A stretch of DNA of 64,000 bases from an uncultured Verrucomicrobiae bacterium. GTDB taxonomy: Bacteria > Verrucomicrobiota > Verrucomicrobiia > Chthoniobacterales > UBA10450. The notes below the pieces were generated by a model. That model searched no databases and was not told where the DNA came from. It worked only from the letters and a program-made list of their open reading frames with translations. Of this stretch, positions 47,921 to 58,514 are shown in pieces (the stretch's first letter is position 1; the number at the start of each line of letters is the position of its first letter). The stretch is taken from contig CAVYXA010000001.1 of NCBI GenBank assembly GCA_963772365.1, positions 1,472,001 to 1,536,000 on the forward strand, written 5' to 3'. The translations under genes were made by a program, and so were the position numbers.

Positions 47921-48541
47921 TTACTTTTTTCTGTGATCGACCATCTCGCCTTTAATCGTGCGAGCATCGACACGGGTGAGATTTTTTTCTATTGTCGATT
48001 TTAGGAGACGAACATGCGGTATGTCGCAGAGATGTTCGGCGATGAACCAGACCGGTTTGTCGGTTGTCATCCAATGCAGATGATCGAATCGGGCGAGATT
48101 CACGGGACGTGAATATCGTCGAAGCGTGCGCTCACCGCGCAGATTGAAGTAGATGTTGAAGTAGCTAATGGCCAATTCGCGCAGAGACCGATACACCGGT
48201 TCGCGATAGCGGCAGCCGGTGAAATTTGATTTCGCCACCGCACCCCAATGGCCGCGAATTTTGAAGATTGCGACCACGTGATCTGTGTCCTGCTCGGCTT
48301 CCAGATCGAAAATTAAAGGCGGAAATCCGAGCACACGTAAAGCAGCAGCGCCAAAAATCCCACCCTCAAGACAGGAAGCGGTGCGATCTTCCAGGACTTT
48401 TCGAGGCGAGCGCGCTGTGTACGTGAGATTGTAGGGAAGCTCATCGAGGAATTTCTGAATCCCGACCGGAGTCTTGAACGATCTGAGTTTGCGCCATCCC
48501 GAAGGCGCGAAGCCGAATTGAGGAGAATTCTTAGAGTCCAA
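47921..48541 (-). CDS. Conserved hypothetical protein with a transglutaminase-like Cys/His motif
   Basis: ASCLEGGIFGAAAL...DHVVAIF...WGAVAKSN...YREPVYRSLREL. Start uncertain. Confidence 0.65.
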   Translation of the reverse strand: MDSKNSPQFGFAPSGWRKLRSFKTPVGIQKFLDELPYNLTYTARSPRKVLEDRTASCLEGGIFGAAALRVLGFPPLIFDLEAEQDTDHVVAIFKIRGHWGAVAKSNFTGCRYREPVYRSLRELAISYFNIYFNLRGERTLRRYSRPVNLARFDHLHWMTTDKPVWFIAEHLCDIPHVRLLKSTIEKNLTRVDARTIKGEMVDHRKK

Positions 48542-49055
48542 CCGGATGGCGAGCCTCGAAGCCAGTCGGTGAACGCCGGGTAATTTGCCAACCGGGAGCC
48601 CAGCGTTCTCTACCCGTGATATAGGGAGTGGTATCAAGCCGAAGACCAGCGATCACGGCAAAGGTGTGGCCGTTACGGGCATAAACGGTGATCCATCGTC
48701 CGCGACCATGTTCTCCATAGTGGCGGAATTCCGATGAGCTGAGCGGCGCTTTGATGAGGCCGGCCCCGGCGAGGGCGAAGGAAACTGTTCCCGAGCAATC
48801 GTAGGCGCGATCAAAAAATGTGCGATGACCGCCGCCGTAACGATATGGTTTGGAGTGCAGTTTATTGGCGGCCCAGATTGCCCGCTTCACCGGAAGAGGT
48901 GCTCTCGACGGTGCGCAGGCGATCCCATGTCGAAGGCAAGCCTTGCTCCCTTCGATAATGGGGCCGGACGCCGGAAATGGGTTCGCCAGAGCGGAACCGG
49001 CAAAGACCGCAAAAACGGCTGTTATTGACGATTTCTTACCAGGAACAAACCTCAT
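48531..49055 (-). CDS. NlpC/P60-like peptidoglycan endopeptidase
   Basis: PYRYGGGH, YDCSGTVS, NGHTFAVIAGLRLDT; signal peptide. Confidence 0.82.
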   Translation of the reverse strand: MRFVPGKKSSITAVFAVFAGSALANPFPASGPIIEGSKACLRHGIACAPSRAPLPVKRAIWAANKLHSKPYRYGGGHRTFFDRAYDCSGTVSFALAGAGLIKAPLSSSEFRHYGEHGRGRWITVYARNGHTFAVIAGLRLDTTPYITGRERWAPGWQITRRSPTGFEARHPVGL

Positions 49056-49194
49056 TACTCTTTCTCAGCGTTTGCTGTGCCAGAAATTTTTTGTTTCCAA
49101 GACCGAGTAGTAGCAAAGCAAGGACAAACTGCAAGCGCATAGCGTCGAAAAATGATTTGCGCACCAGGGCAAATACGAGTTTCGGATAAGGGAA

Positions 49195-51058
49195 TCAGCG
49201 AGTGACTGACTCGCTCTGCTCGATTTGCATTCTCAATCTCTGAAATTCGGGCTGAATCGGATTTAGCTTGAGCGCGTTGGCAATCTCTGTTCGGGCAATC
49301 GCGATTTGGCCTGCTTTAACATGAGCTTCGGCCAACAGGTAATAGGTCTTGGCGTTGCGAGGATTCTGCACCAGCGCTTTGGAAAAGAAAGCCGCGGCCT
49401 CATTCCATCGATGCTGATCCAGCGCAAGAAGCCCAAGATTGTTGTAAGCGCCAGCATGTGCGGGATCGAGTTGAAGCGTGGCGACGTAGTACCGATTCGG
49501 CTCCGACCTTGTTTTGCTCGGCCAATCGAAGATTGCCGAGAGCGAAATTTGTCTCGGCGTTACCGGGAACGTAAGCATAAGCCAGTTCGAGCTTTTTGTT
49601 AGCGAGCTCGAGATTATTCGATTCCAGAGCCTGCCGTCCAGAGTTGTAGGCATCGAGAGCCCAAAGAGAAGGATTGCGTTGCGGCCACGCCACGAAAATT
49701 GTTGAAGCGATTAGAAGTCCTAAATAGACAGCAGCAAAACGAAATCTGTTCGTGGCCAGGCTTTGCCAGAAGATCGACAACCCAAAGGCGCCAAGCAAAA
49801 GCAGGCCGGGGACAACTGCCATACGGTAACGCTCCGTGATGAAGACGGTAAGCAATGCCAGCATCTGCAATAAAATTGCCGCAATTATCCAGCGTGACCT
49901 GGGCGCGAGCACCCAACCCAGGAGTATTCCCACTAACCCAAAAGCTGCGACGACACCGAAGTAAAGGCCGGGCAGGATCACACCTTCATCCCGCAGAATC
50001 GTTATGATGCTCAGATCATCATATTGAAAGGCACTCCAGAAGTTTCGCAGTTTGGTGGCCAGTAGCTTTAGCCAATCCGTAAAATGACCGGCGATATAGG
50101 CCCTTGTCTTGTCCGACCAGTAGGCAGAAACCTGCCCCCGTTTGAGCGGATGGCCTGCGGCGATTTCGGCTCGAGTAATCGAGTCCTGGAGCATTGCCGT
50201 TTGCCCTGCGCGTAACCCTGGCGGAAATCGCGGATAACCATTCGACTCCGGATTATTGCCGATCCAGAAATTGATTCCGCTGTGAGCCGAGAGCAAGACC
50301 GGTTCGCGCGCGATGAAATAGTTGTGAACCCAACAAGGCGATGTCCCGGCCGCGACGCCTGCAAATAGTAGAACCGAAGCCAGCAACAAAGAGATCTTCC
50401 ATTTTCCGTGATTGCCGCGGGTCGGTTTCAAGGCTATGGCGGCGAAAACGAGTGGAATAAGGAACAGCATCGCCGCCACTCCCATGGCAATAAAGCCTAT
50501 CAAAAGACCCAGCCAGAAGCACTCCACGCCGCGCGGTGCAAAGTCATTGCGAACGATTCGCCAGGTGACGAACCAAAAAGCGAAAACGAACCAGGCGGTC
50601 GGCATAAGGATAACCGCGTATGCTTGGGCCGGAGCGAAGAAGCCCCAGCCAAGTGCCGCCGTCATCCCAATGAATTGAGCCTTACTCCACGGCCGACAGG
50701 GATTGCCTTCTGCGCTGAAGATCCGAATCCCGAGCTTGTAAAGAATGGTGGCGGTCCCAGCGTCGAAGCAGGCTTGCAAAAAAGCGGGAACAAACGGGCC
50801 GTACCCGACGACTTTGTAAATGAGAGCGAGCAGATAGGCATAGAGCGGCAGGCCATAAAAGGCCAGGTGATCCGTAAAGTGACGTTCGAGGATCTGCCGG
50901 GCCCACTCATCATAGAAATGCATGTCGCCATAGGTTGGTAGGAGAAAAGGCGAAATCGTCAGGCGTGCCAGGACGATTAGCCGCAGGAGCAATACGGCCG
51001 CAAAAACGTAATGAGCCGGCCCGGGTGAATTCCGAAAGGGCGATCTCGAAGGGGTCAC
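49195..51058 (-). CDS. GT-C (PMT/ArnT-like) membrane glycosyltransferase with C-terminal TPR; frameshift near 49490
   Basis: GDMHFYDEWA, PLYAYLLALIY, GINFWIGNNP, FITERYR, then TPRs (AYNNLGLLAL). Confidence 0.75.
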
Positions 51059-51156
51059 CAGGCGAGCTTAAGCACAAACTATGCGCTGGTTGGAGAGTCT
51101 TGGGTTGGAATCGCGACGGGAAGGGGGTTCATAAAAACCATAAAAAGGCGGCCGCT

Positions 51157-51172
51157 TGGCACCGACACTGCT
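51157..51172 (+). promoter_or_regulatory. Sigma-54 promoter of pilin 1
   Basis: TGGCACCGACACTGCT (GG-N10-GC). Confidence 0.7.
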
Positions 51173-51242
51173 GTTAAAACGCCGTTCGCGATGAGTATCG
51201 CGGACCGCAATCAAAAAACAAACTTGGGAGAATAGCAAATAT

Positions 51243-51647
51243 ATGTTACAGAAACTGAATAACCGCCGCGGGGGCTTCACCCTCGTGGAAATCATGATCG
51301 TGGTCGCGATCATCGCATTGCTGGCAGCCATCGCCGTGCCCGGATTCCTCCGTGCCCGGAAGCGCTCGCAAGCCACTCGAATCCTGAACGATCTTCGCCT
51401 GATTGATTCAGCAGTCGACCAATACGCGATTGAGACCAATCGCTCTACCGGTGCCACGGTGAATACGGTGGACTGGACGAACTACCTTAAACAAGGAACC
51501 GCGCTCTACAACACGGGCACGGACATCCTTGGCAACGGCTTTGGCGCTCAGGCCGTTGATACGCTGCCCAAAGTTCCGCACAACAGCTTCCTCGCATTGT
51601 CGGACGTTGCTCCAGTTGGGTTCTGGTCGCCTTATTCGGCTAACTAA
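51243..51647 (+). CDS. Type IV prepilin (major pilin-like) copy 1
   Basis: Class III signal G|FTLVEIMIVVAIIALLAAIAVP. Confidence 0.92.
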   Translation: MLQKLNNRRGGFTLVEIMIVVAIIALLAAIAVPGFLRARKRSQATRILNDLRLIDSAVDQYAIETNRSTGATVNTVDWTNYLKQGTALYNTGTDILGNGFGAQAVDTLPKVPHNSFLALSDVAPVGFWSPYSAN

Positions 51648-51659
51648 GAATCGCACGAT

Positions 51660-51704
51660 TCATTCTCCTGGCGTTCTCGCCCTGGCGCGAACGTCAGGGA
51701 ATGA
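51660..51704 (+). terminator. Stem-loop after pilin 1 (duplicated after pilin 2, ~52359-52403)
   Basis: TCATTC-TCCTGGCGTTC...GAACGTCAGG-GAATGA; no strong U-tract. Confidence 0.45.
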
Positions 51705-51851
51705 GTAGTGCCACCGCTGACTTTTTGCGGTCCTCGCTCCCGGTTCTGTCGCGACACAGACATAAGAACCGTTCCGGCTCGCCAGCACTCCCCTCCGTGA
51801 TCTGGTGAATCTACAAGCATTTTTCACCCGCCTTGCGGGTGGCGACGTTTT

Positions 51852-51867
51852 CGGCATCAACACTGCT
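51852..51867 (+). promoter_or_regulatory. Sigma-54 promoter of pilin 2
   Basis: CGGCATCAACACTGCT (GG-N10-GC), at the equivalent position to the copy 1 promoter. Confidence 0.65.
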
Positions 51868-51941
51868 GCTTAGACGGTATCCGCGACGATAAATCGCGGA
51901 CTGCATTCAAACAAACAAACAAACGGAGAAAAGCGCTAATC

Positions 51942-52346
51942 ATGTTACAAAAACTGAATAAAAGCCGCGGGGGTTTTACCCTCGTGGAAATCATGATCGT
52001 CGTCGCGATCATCGCATTACTGGCAGCCATCGCCGTGCCCGGATTCCTCCGTGCCCGGAAGCGCTCGCAAGCCACTCGAATCTTGAACGATCTTCGCCTG
52101 ATCGATTCAGCGGTCGATCAATATTCGATTGAGACTAACCGCTCTACTGGCGCTACAGTGAATACCGTGGACTGGACGGCCTATCTTAAGAAGGGAAGTG
52201 TCCTCTACAACACAGGCACGGATATTCTAGGCAACGGCTTTGGTCCCCAGAGCGTTGATACGCTGCCCAAAGTTCCGCACAATAGTTTCCTCGCATTGTC
52301 GGACGTTGCTCCAGTTGGGTTCTGGTCGCCTTATTCGGCTAACTAA
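51942..52346 (+). CDS. Type IV prepilin copy 2 (tandem duplicate)
   Basis: 125/134 aa identical to copy 1; 699-bp offset. Confidence 0.92.
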   Translation: MLQKLNKSRGGFTLVEIMIVVAIIALLAAIAVPGFLRARKRSQATRILNDLRLIDSAVDQYSIETNRSTGATVNTVDWTAYLKKGSVLYNTGTDILGNGFGPQSVDTLPKVPHNSFLALSDVAPVGFWSPYSAN

Positions 52347-52472
52347 GAGTCGCACGATTCATTCACCTGGCGTTCTCACCCTGGCGCGAACGTCAGGGAA
52401 TGAGTGGTGACCTGAAGACTGCATTAAACGATTTCCCCCTACGTAGCGGCAACAAGAGCGATCGGATATAGA

Positions 52473-54566
52473 ATGAAAACCGCTCGGCGGATCCAGGGTG
52501 GAAGGTTTCCCCGATTGATCGATGCTTTTCATAGCACCTGGGCGCGCTGTGTTGTTTTGATATTTGCGGGTGTTGCGACTCACCTTCCGGCGCTCCAAGG
52601 CGAGCGAATCTGGGACGACGAGTATCTCTCAAAAGGCAGTCCGCTCATCAAAAGCCCCTTGTTTATTCTGGAAAGCTTTCGCCATTATCTTTTCCTCGAC
52701 TCTTCCTCACGCTACTACCGACCGGTTCAGAACGTTTCCTACATAATCGATTATCTCTTCTGGAATAACGATACGATCGGCTTCCATCTCACGAACATTC
52801 TCCTGCACACAACAGCCGGCGTATTGCTCTATTTTCTGCTGCGTCGATTATTTCAGTCGCTACTAACGGTTACGAATCTCGAATTGATCGGCCGCAGGAC
52901 AGTAGCCACGGCCGCATTCCTCGTGGCTTTGATTTGGATGGTTCATCCGGTCCATAGCGCTGCCATTGATTACATCTCCGGACGCGCAGATAGCCTCGCA
53001 TTCCTATTTGCGTGCGCCGGATGGTTGACTTTCCAGCGCGCCCAAAATTCGGGCCGCCTCGGCATCCGTATCTCGCTCTATTTTCTGGCCGCGATCTTCG
53101 GTCTGGCAGCTTTGTTCTCACGTGAAATCGCCTGCGTCTGGCTTGTGCTCTTTTGCGCCTATCTCCTTTCGATCGAAAAAGGGAGACCGTTTGCTCCGCG
53201 AATGACAGCGGTCGTCTGCTGCGTAATTCTTTTCAGCATTTATTTCGCCTGCCGACAATTGCCAGCAGCGCGTCCACCTGCAACGTCAGATGCGATGATC
53301 GGACAGGGTGAGGTCCGCGCTGTCCTGATGCTCCGCGCACTCGGAGATTACGGCCGCCTTTTGCTTTTTCCGGCAAATCTTCACATGGAGCGCCGTGTTC
53401 TTGATCCGATTGCATATCGAACCCAACTCGATTGGCGACAGGATATCGGTTTCGAGTACTTGTCGATCCTCGGACTGCTTGTGCTTGCCGGCTTCATCTT
53501 TGGAAGCATCAAACCGGGGCCTGGCCAGACGATGCGGATCTTCGGTGCAGGGTGGTTTTTCGCAGCATATCTGCCGATCTCAAACATCGTTCCGCTCACT
53601 GCAACTGCCGCGGAGCACTGGCTTTATTTGCCCAGTGTCGGTTTTTTGATTTTCGCTGGCGGCTGGGCGATCGATCTCCCGCGGCAGCATTGGAGAATCG
53701 CTCTTGTTATCGCCGTTTTGGCAACCAGCGCATTTGGGGTTCGGTGTTACGTGCGAAGCACAGATTGGATATCAGCCGAGACTTTTTATCGGCGAACAAT
53801 TGCCAGTGGCGGCGCAAGTCCGAGATGCGCGCTCAATCTGGGGCAGCTTTACGCAAGCCGGGGTGATTATGCCGAGGCAGTAAGAATCTTTCGCAAGTTG
53901 CTCGATATTGTGCCCGATTATTCTCTGGCCCAGAACAATCTCGGCAGCGCGCTTTCCAACGAGGGCAAAACCCGAGAGGCTGAAGCCTTGTTTGCTAGTT
54001 TGGAAAAAAATTCTGAAGAACTTCGCCATGACTACCCGCGAAGTTGGATCGGCGCTTTGAACCTCGCCGGCGTTCGCTACAGCAGAGGCGACCATGATTC
54101 CGCTATCGCAATCCTGGAGCGCGCACGAAGGAATTATCCAGAGGTATGGGAGTTGGTCAGTTTAGAGTCAGAATTTATCCGCCAAACCGACGGGCCTGAT
54201 GCCTCTTTGCATCTCGTCGAACAGTTTGCGCGAAAAAATTGGTGGCATTACAGCGCTCAACTGGCTTTGGGGCGGTTGTATGCACAAAAAGGAGATGTCG
54301 ATCTTGCTCGTGCGGCTTGGCAGCGCGCCAGCCGACTTGATGTGCACGATATCGAGTCATTGAGGCTAGCAGTCATCATGGAGTTGCGGGAGAAGAACTT
54401 TGAAGAAGCGCGTCGCACGCAATTGCGCGCCATCCGGCGACAACCGGATCAACCGCGGCAGTATGCCTTGCTTTCGGAAATTCTCACCAAGATGGGACGG
54501 GCCGATGAAGCTCACGTCGCTCTGGCTAGAGCTGCGGAGCTGCGCGCTTTTGCTTTGGCGAACTAA
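52473..54566 (+). CDS. TMTC-like GT-C membrane protein with C-terminal TPRs
   Basis: IWDDEYL, YYRPV, GFHLTNILLH, HPVHSAAIDYISGRADSL, AEHWLYLPS, followed by TPR repeats. Confidence 0.82.
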   Translation: MKTARRIQGGRFPRLIDAFHSTWARCVVLIFAGVATHLPALQGERIWDDEYLSKGSPLIKSPLFILESFRHYLFLDSSSRYYRPVQNVSYIIDYLFWNNDTIGFHLTNILLHTTAGVLLYFLLRRLFQSLLTVTNLELIGRRTVATAAFLVALIWMVHPVHSAAIDYISGRADSLAFLFACAGWLTFQRAQNSGRLGIRISLYFLAAIFGLAALFSREIACVWLVLFCAYLLSIEKGRPFAPRMTAVVCCVILFSIYFACRQLPAARPPATSDAMIGQGEVRAVLMLRALGDYGRLLLFPANLHMERRVLDPIAYRTQLDWRQDIGFEYLSILGLLVLAGFIFGSIKPGPGQTMRIFGAGWFFAAYLPISNIVPLTATAAEHWLYLPSVGFLIFAGGWAIDLPRQHWRIALVIAVLATSAFGVRCYVRSTDWISAETFYRRTIASGGASPRCALNLGQLYASRGDYAEAVRIFRKLLDIVPDYSLAQNNLGSALSNEGKTREAEALFASLEKNSEELRHDYPRSWIGALNLAGVRYSRGDHDSAIAILERARRNYPEVWELVSLESEFIRQTDGPDASLHLVEQFARKNWWHYSAQLALGRLYAQKGDVDLARAAWQRASRLDVHDIESLRLAVIMELREKNFEEARRTQLRAIRRQPDQPRQYALLSEILTKMGRADEAHVALARAAELRAFALAN

Positions 54567-54637
54567 AAGTAATCTGGCAATTGCGAGCCAGGTTAGCTCA
54601 GGATTGTATTGAGGCGATCAGCTTCCCGAAACACGCA

Positions 54638-55630
54638 ATGGCTGCACGAATTTACACCGACAAAGATGTCGATCTTGCCTGGCTTAAAGGAAAAACGTGT
54701 GGCGTTATCGGTTTTGGAGCGCAGGGCCGAGCACACGCGCTGAATTTAAAGGACAGCGGTTTCAGCGTATTGATAGGTCTCTACGCAGGAAGCAAGTCGC
54801 GATCGATAGCGAAACGCAGCGGGCTCAAAGTGATCGTCACTGCCGAGGCTACCCGGCGGGCCGACATTCTTTTCCTCGCGCTTCCGGACACGAAAATGCC
54901 AGAAGTTTACGAAAAAGAGATCGCGCCCGAGCTTCACGAGGGCCAAACACTCCTTTTCGCGCACGGCTTCGCCATCCATTACCGAACAATTCGGCCACCG
55001 AAAAATGTCGATGTTATCATGGTTGCACCGAAGGGGCTCGGACCGATGGTGCGCCGGGAATTTCTTCGCGGCCGGGGCGCGCCGGGATTAATTGCGGTTC
55101 ATCAGGAGTATAGCGGAAAGGCAAAGCGTACCGCGTTGGCCTGGGCGAAAGGCATTGGCTGCACTCGGGCGGGGGTGATTGAGACGACATTCCGTGAAGA
55201 GACCGAGACCGATCTCTTCGGCGAGCAAGCAGTTTTATGCGGAGGGACGACTGCGCTGATAAAAGCCGGTTTCGAAACGCTGGTGCGCGCCGGTTATCCG
55301 CCGGACTTGGCCTATTTTGAGTGTCTGCATGAGCTGAAATTCATTGTCGATCTTATCCACGAATCCGGAATCGCCGGAATGACGAAGCTGATTTCGGACA
55401 CCGCAAAATGGGGCGAGCTGACCGTCGGACCGAAGATCATTGACGCATCGGTGCAGAAGCGAATGAGCGCGGTCCTGAAAAAAATTCGTTCCGGAACGTT
55501 TGCCTCCGAATTCATTCAAGAGATGAGAGGCGGACAAAAACGTTACAGGCAGTTGCTGCGCGAAGCGGAAAAACAGCCAATTGAAAATGTCGGACGCAAG
55601 CTTCGAGGGTTAATGAATTGGAAAAAATAG
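54638..55630 (+). CDS. ilvC: Ketol-acid reductoisomerase
   Basis: IGFGAQGRAHALNLKDSG, FAHGF, MVAPKGLG, ETETDLFGEQAVLCGG, AYFECLHELK. Confidence 0.97.
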   Translation: MAARIYTDKDVDLAWLKGKTCGVIGFGAQGRAHALNLKDSGFSVLIGLYAGSKSRSIAKRSGLKVIVTAEATRRADILFLALPDTKMPEVYEKEIAPELHEGQTLLFAHGFAIHYRTIRPPKNVDVIMVAPKGLGPMVRREFLRGRGAPGLIAVHQEYSGKAKRTALAWAKGIGCTRAGVIETTFREETETDLFGEQAVLCGGTTALIKAGFETLVRAGYPPDLAYFECLHELKFIVDLIHESGIAGMTKLISDTAKWGELTVGPKIIDASVQKRMSAVLKKIRSGTFASEFIQEMRGGQKRYRQLLREAEKQPIENVGRKLRGLMNWKK

Positions 55631-55689
55631 CTCCCCCTTCGCTGCCGATTTGGCAGCGAACGCCTTTCCCGCGAAAGGTCGGTCGAGCC

Positions 55690-55956
55690 TTATTGTAAGC
55701 GACCCATCACTTGGACGGGGCTCACGGTGGTCGGAATTCCCACAATATAGCGCTTGCAGGGTTGCGGAATCCCAGACGCGATGGTTTTCACATAGCAAAG
55801 CACAACCCTATGGGTTGTTATATGCTTTGCGGGTGTTACCACCGTTGTGGTACCGGAACCTGCCAAGCCTGATGCGCAAAACGCCAGCGAAACGGCGGCG
55901 ATTGCGCATCGCACCGACCAACCGCACAGGCTCGATGTCCTGTTTACAGTTGTCAT
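55690..55956 (-). CDS. Small secreted hypothetical protein with a Cys pair
   Basis: Signal-like AIAAVSLAFCASGLA, then CYVKTIASGIPQPCKR. Confidence 0.5.
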   Translation of the reverse strand: MTTVNRTSSLCGWSVRCAIAAVSLAFCASGLAGSGTTTVVTPAKHITTHRVVLCYVKTIASGIPQPCKRYIVGIPTTVSPVQVMGRLQ

Positions 55957-56057
55957 GCACACACTGTGCGCTCTTCTAGCCGTGAAGCAAAGAAAAATGT
56001 TTCGTTCTAGGAGACAAAAATCCGGCGTTTTCGGCTATTGCGGCTCGACAGCTCAAA

Positions 56058-58514
56058 TCAATTCGCCCAGAGAAAATGTTCCAGGCGTAATCGGGTGAGC
56101 CGCGCTCTTGCTTCCTCGCTGCGGCTGCCTCCTGCATTAGCCAGTCTTTCATAAACGGCGGCAGCCGATTCCCATTTCGAATCCTCTTCCAAAATCCGCG
56201 CAGCATTGAAACCCGCCTTGTAATACCAGAACAATTCATGCTGCCGATCCGGGCGCGCCTCGTCTTCCAGGACGCGATAAAATGTCTCAAGCGCACCCGT
56301 GCGATCGGCCTTTTTTTCGAGGCAGAGCGCCTTCTTGAAAAGTGCCTGATTGCGCCAGTGAGCAGGCAGATCCTTGTCGGATGCTAGTTGATCGTAGGCA
56401 TCAATGGCGCGCTGATAATCGGCTCCGCCCGTTTCGAAGAAAATGTCGCCCTTCGCGCAAAGCGCTTCGCGCTTTTCAGCGGGCCGGGCATCGCTTTTTA
56501 GAACTTCATCGTAAAGCGAGAGCGCATCGTGGGACTTGCCCAGCTTGCGTTCGATTGCCGCTTGCTCATTACGCGCGGCCCACTTCAGATCACCGTTCAT
56601 ACGGACCACCTGGTCGAAAAGTGTAATCGCATGGTCGAGCGCCCCGCTGGCCATGCTAGACACAGCTGATTCGGCCGCAAAGAAAAGCGCTTTCTCGGCC
56701 AGCGGTCCCGTCGGATTCTCCTGTGCCAGTAGTTCGAATTGAGTCTGGGCGTTCGGAAAATCCTGCCGGAGGTAATATGTTTCAGCCAGTTTCATTCGGA
56801 CGTCCGGGGCAAAGGAGGAAGCGGCGTGCTGCTTGAGAAAGCGGTTGGCCAATTCGACGACCTTCGCGTCGTCGTCGTTCGATTCGGTCGCGTCTTCGAT
56901 CCAGATGCGCAAATAATCGGCCCGCTCAGCTGCAGCGAGGGTTGGTTTCGCTTCGGCTGCTCGAGTCAGATATTTTCGAGCCTCATCCAGATGTGGCGGA
57001 GAGGAATGGAATGCCAGCTCCGCTAATGCCACAAATGCCTCGGATATGCGCGGATTGTCAGGAAAATCGTGGACAAAGGCGTGCAACGATTCCGCGGCTC
57101 GCGGGTCGGCTTTTGCGGCCTGGACCAAAGCTTCTTCCAAGCGCAGTTCCGCACGCGATCCTTCATCGCCTCCCTGTTTTTCGAATTCTTTGTAATCGGT
57201 CAAAAACTGATCGTGACGATCGAGCTGCAGCCAACCGGCGGCAGCATTGAAAAAAGCGAGACGGGAGAAAGGAGAATCCGACCGCGCCAACTTCTTATAT
57301 TGGTTAGTCGATTGATCGAACCGTCCGGCAAGATAGTTCGTCCGGCCGGCAAGCAAATCAATCCGGTCGAGCAAGACCGAGTCTGGTTTGGCTGCGCGCG
57401 CGTCATTCAAAATCGCAAGCGCCTGATCAAATTGTCGATCTTCCAATTCAAGTTTCGCAAATTCCAGCATGGCGACGGCGTAACTATTCGGGAAAAATTT
57501 CGCGCCATCGCGCTGCAGATCCGAAAAGTATTCTCGCGCTCTATCGCGATGACCCGCCCGCAGCTCGAAACTAGCCAAATGCCATCGGGCCAGACTGCGC
57601 CTTGGCTGTGCCGGATCGCGTGTCCACCGCTCCAGTTCGGCGCGAGGCGGTTTTCGCTCGGCGCGATACAGTTCATCCAACTTGGCGAAGATCCGGGCTA
57701 GATCGGCGTCCTGCGGATGATGATCGATGTAATCCTCCATTATATCGGCACCATCCTCCGCGGTTTTTCGTTTCAGCTCGGCGTCAGCAACCCCGAATAG
57801 CGCCGCCAGCAACACATCGTGACTGGCGCCCTCCGGTTTTCTCAGCAGCGATTCAAACAAAGCAATTGCCTTCTCGATTTTTCCCGAAACCAGCTCCGAC
57901 CGCGCGCGGAGCAAATGACGTTGTTTGCGCTGAGCGGCGGTTTTTGGATGCGTCTGATCAAGTAACCGTTTCGCTTCTGGTGCTGCTCCCTTGTCGATGT
58001 ACAGTTCCGCCGAGCGCAGACGGGCTGGTATTCCCCATTCTTGATCTCGTAGAAGCGGAGCCAGCTTTTGCAATGCTTCATCCTGGCGTCCAAGCGCACA
58101 AAGCATTTCTGCCGCTCCGAAAGCAGCATCCTTGGCAAACGGCAAATGATCGTCAACGGCAAGCTGTTCATAGAGCGGTAGGGCCTCGCTCCATCTGCCC
58201 AAATCGGCGAGACCTTGCGCTCGCCAGAACTTTGCTGCAGGCACATCGCGCAGGCGAGCATTAGCAAGAAGTTTGACCGCGTTTGCCGGTTGCCTGGCAG
58301 CGACCAGCGCTTCACCGAGTTTTACTGCCGCGACGCGCCATTCCTGTTCTGAGAGATCTTTATCCAGCAAAGACTGCAACCGGACGACCGCAATTTCCGG
58401 AACTCCCGCTGCTAGCGGGGCCGTGGCTTCGGAAAGCTGCGCAGAAATATCTGCACACACGATTCGCGCGAGTAGAAAGATACTAAGAAAACTTATGTGT
58501 CGTATGCGTCTCAT
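56058..58514 (-). CDS. Secreted tetratricopeptide-repeat protein
   Basis: Signal peptide and many helical TPR-like repeats; ATGA overlap with the uvrA stop. Confidence 0.8.
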   Translation of the reverse strand: MRRIRHISFLSIFLLARIVCADISAQLSEATAPLAAGVPEIAVVRLQSLLDKDLSEQEWRVAAVKLGEALVAARQPANAVKLLANARLRDVPAAKFWRAQGLADLGRWSEALPLYEQLAVDDHLPFAKDAAFGAAEMLCALGRQDEALQKLAPLLRDQEWGIPARLRSAELYIDKGAAPEAKRLLDQTHPKTAAQRKQRHLLRARSELVSGKIEKAIALFESLLRKPEGASHDVLLAALFGVADAELKRKTAEDGADIMEDYIDHHPQDADLARIFAKLDELYRAERKPPRAELERWTRDPAQPRRSLARWHLASFELRAGHRDRAREYFSDLQRDGAKFFPNSYAVAMLEFAKLELEDRQFDQALAILNDARAAKPDSVLLDRIDLLAGRTNYLAGRFDQSTNQYKKLARSDSPFSRLAFFNAAAGWLQLDRHDQFLTDYKEFEKQGGDEGSRAELRLEEALVQAAKADPRAAESLHAFVHDFPDNPRISEAFVALAELAFHSSPPHLDEARKYLTRAAEAKPTLAAAERADYLRIWIEDATESNDDDAKVVELANRFLKQHAASSFAPDVRMKLAETYYLRQDFPNAQTQFELLAQENPTGPLAEKALFFAAESAVSSMASGALDHAITLFDQVVRMNGDLKWAARNEQAAIERKLGKSHDALSLYDEVLKSDARPAEKREALCAKGDIFFETGGADYQRAIDAYDQLASDKDLPAHWRNQALFKKALCLEKKADRTGALETFYRVLEDEARPDRQHELFWYYKAGFNAARILEEDSKWESAAAVYERLANAGGSRSEEARARLTRLRLEHFLWAN

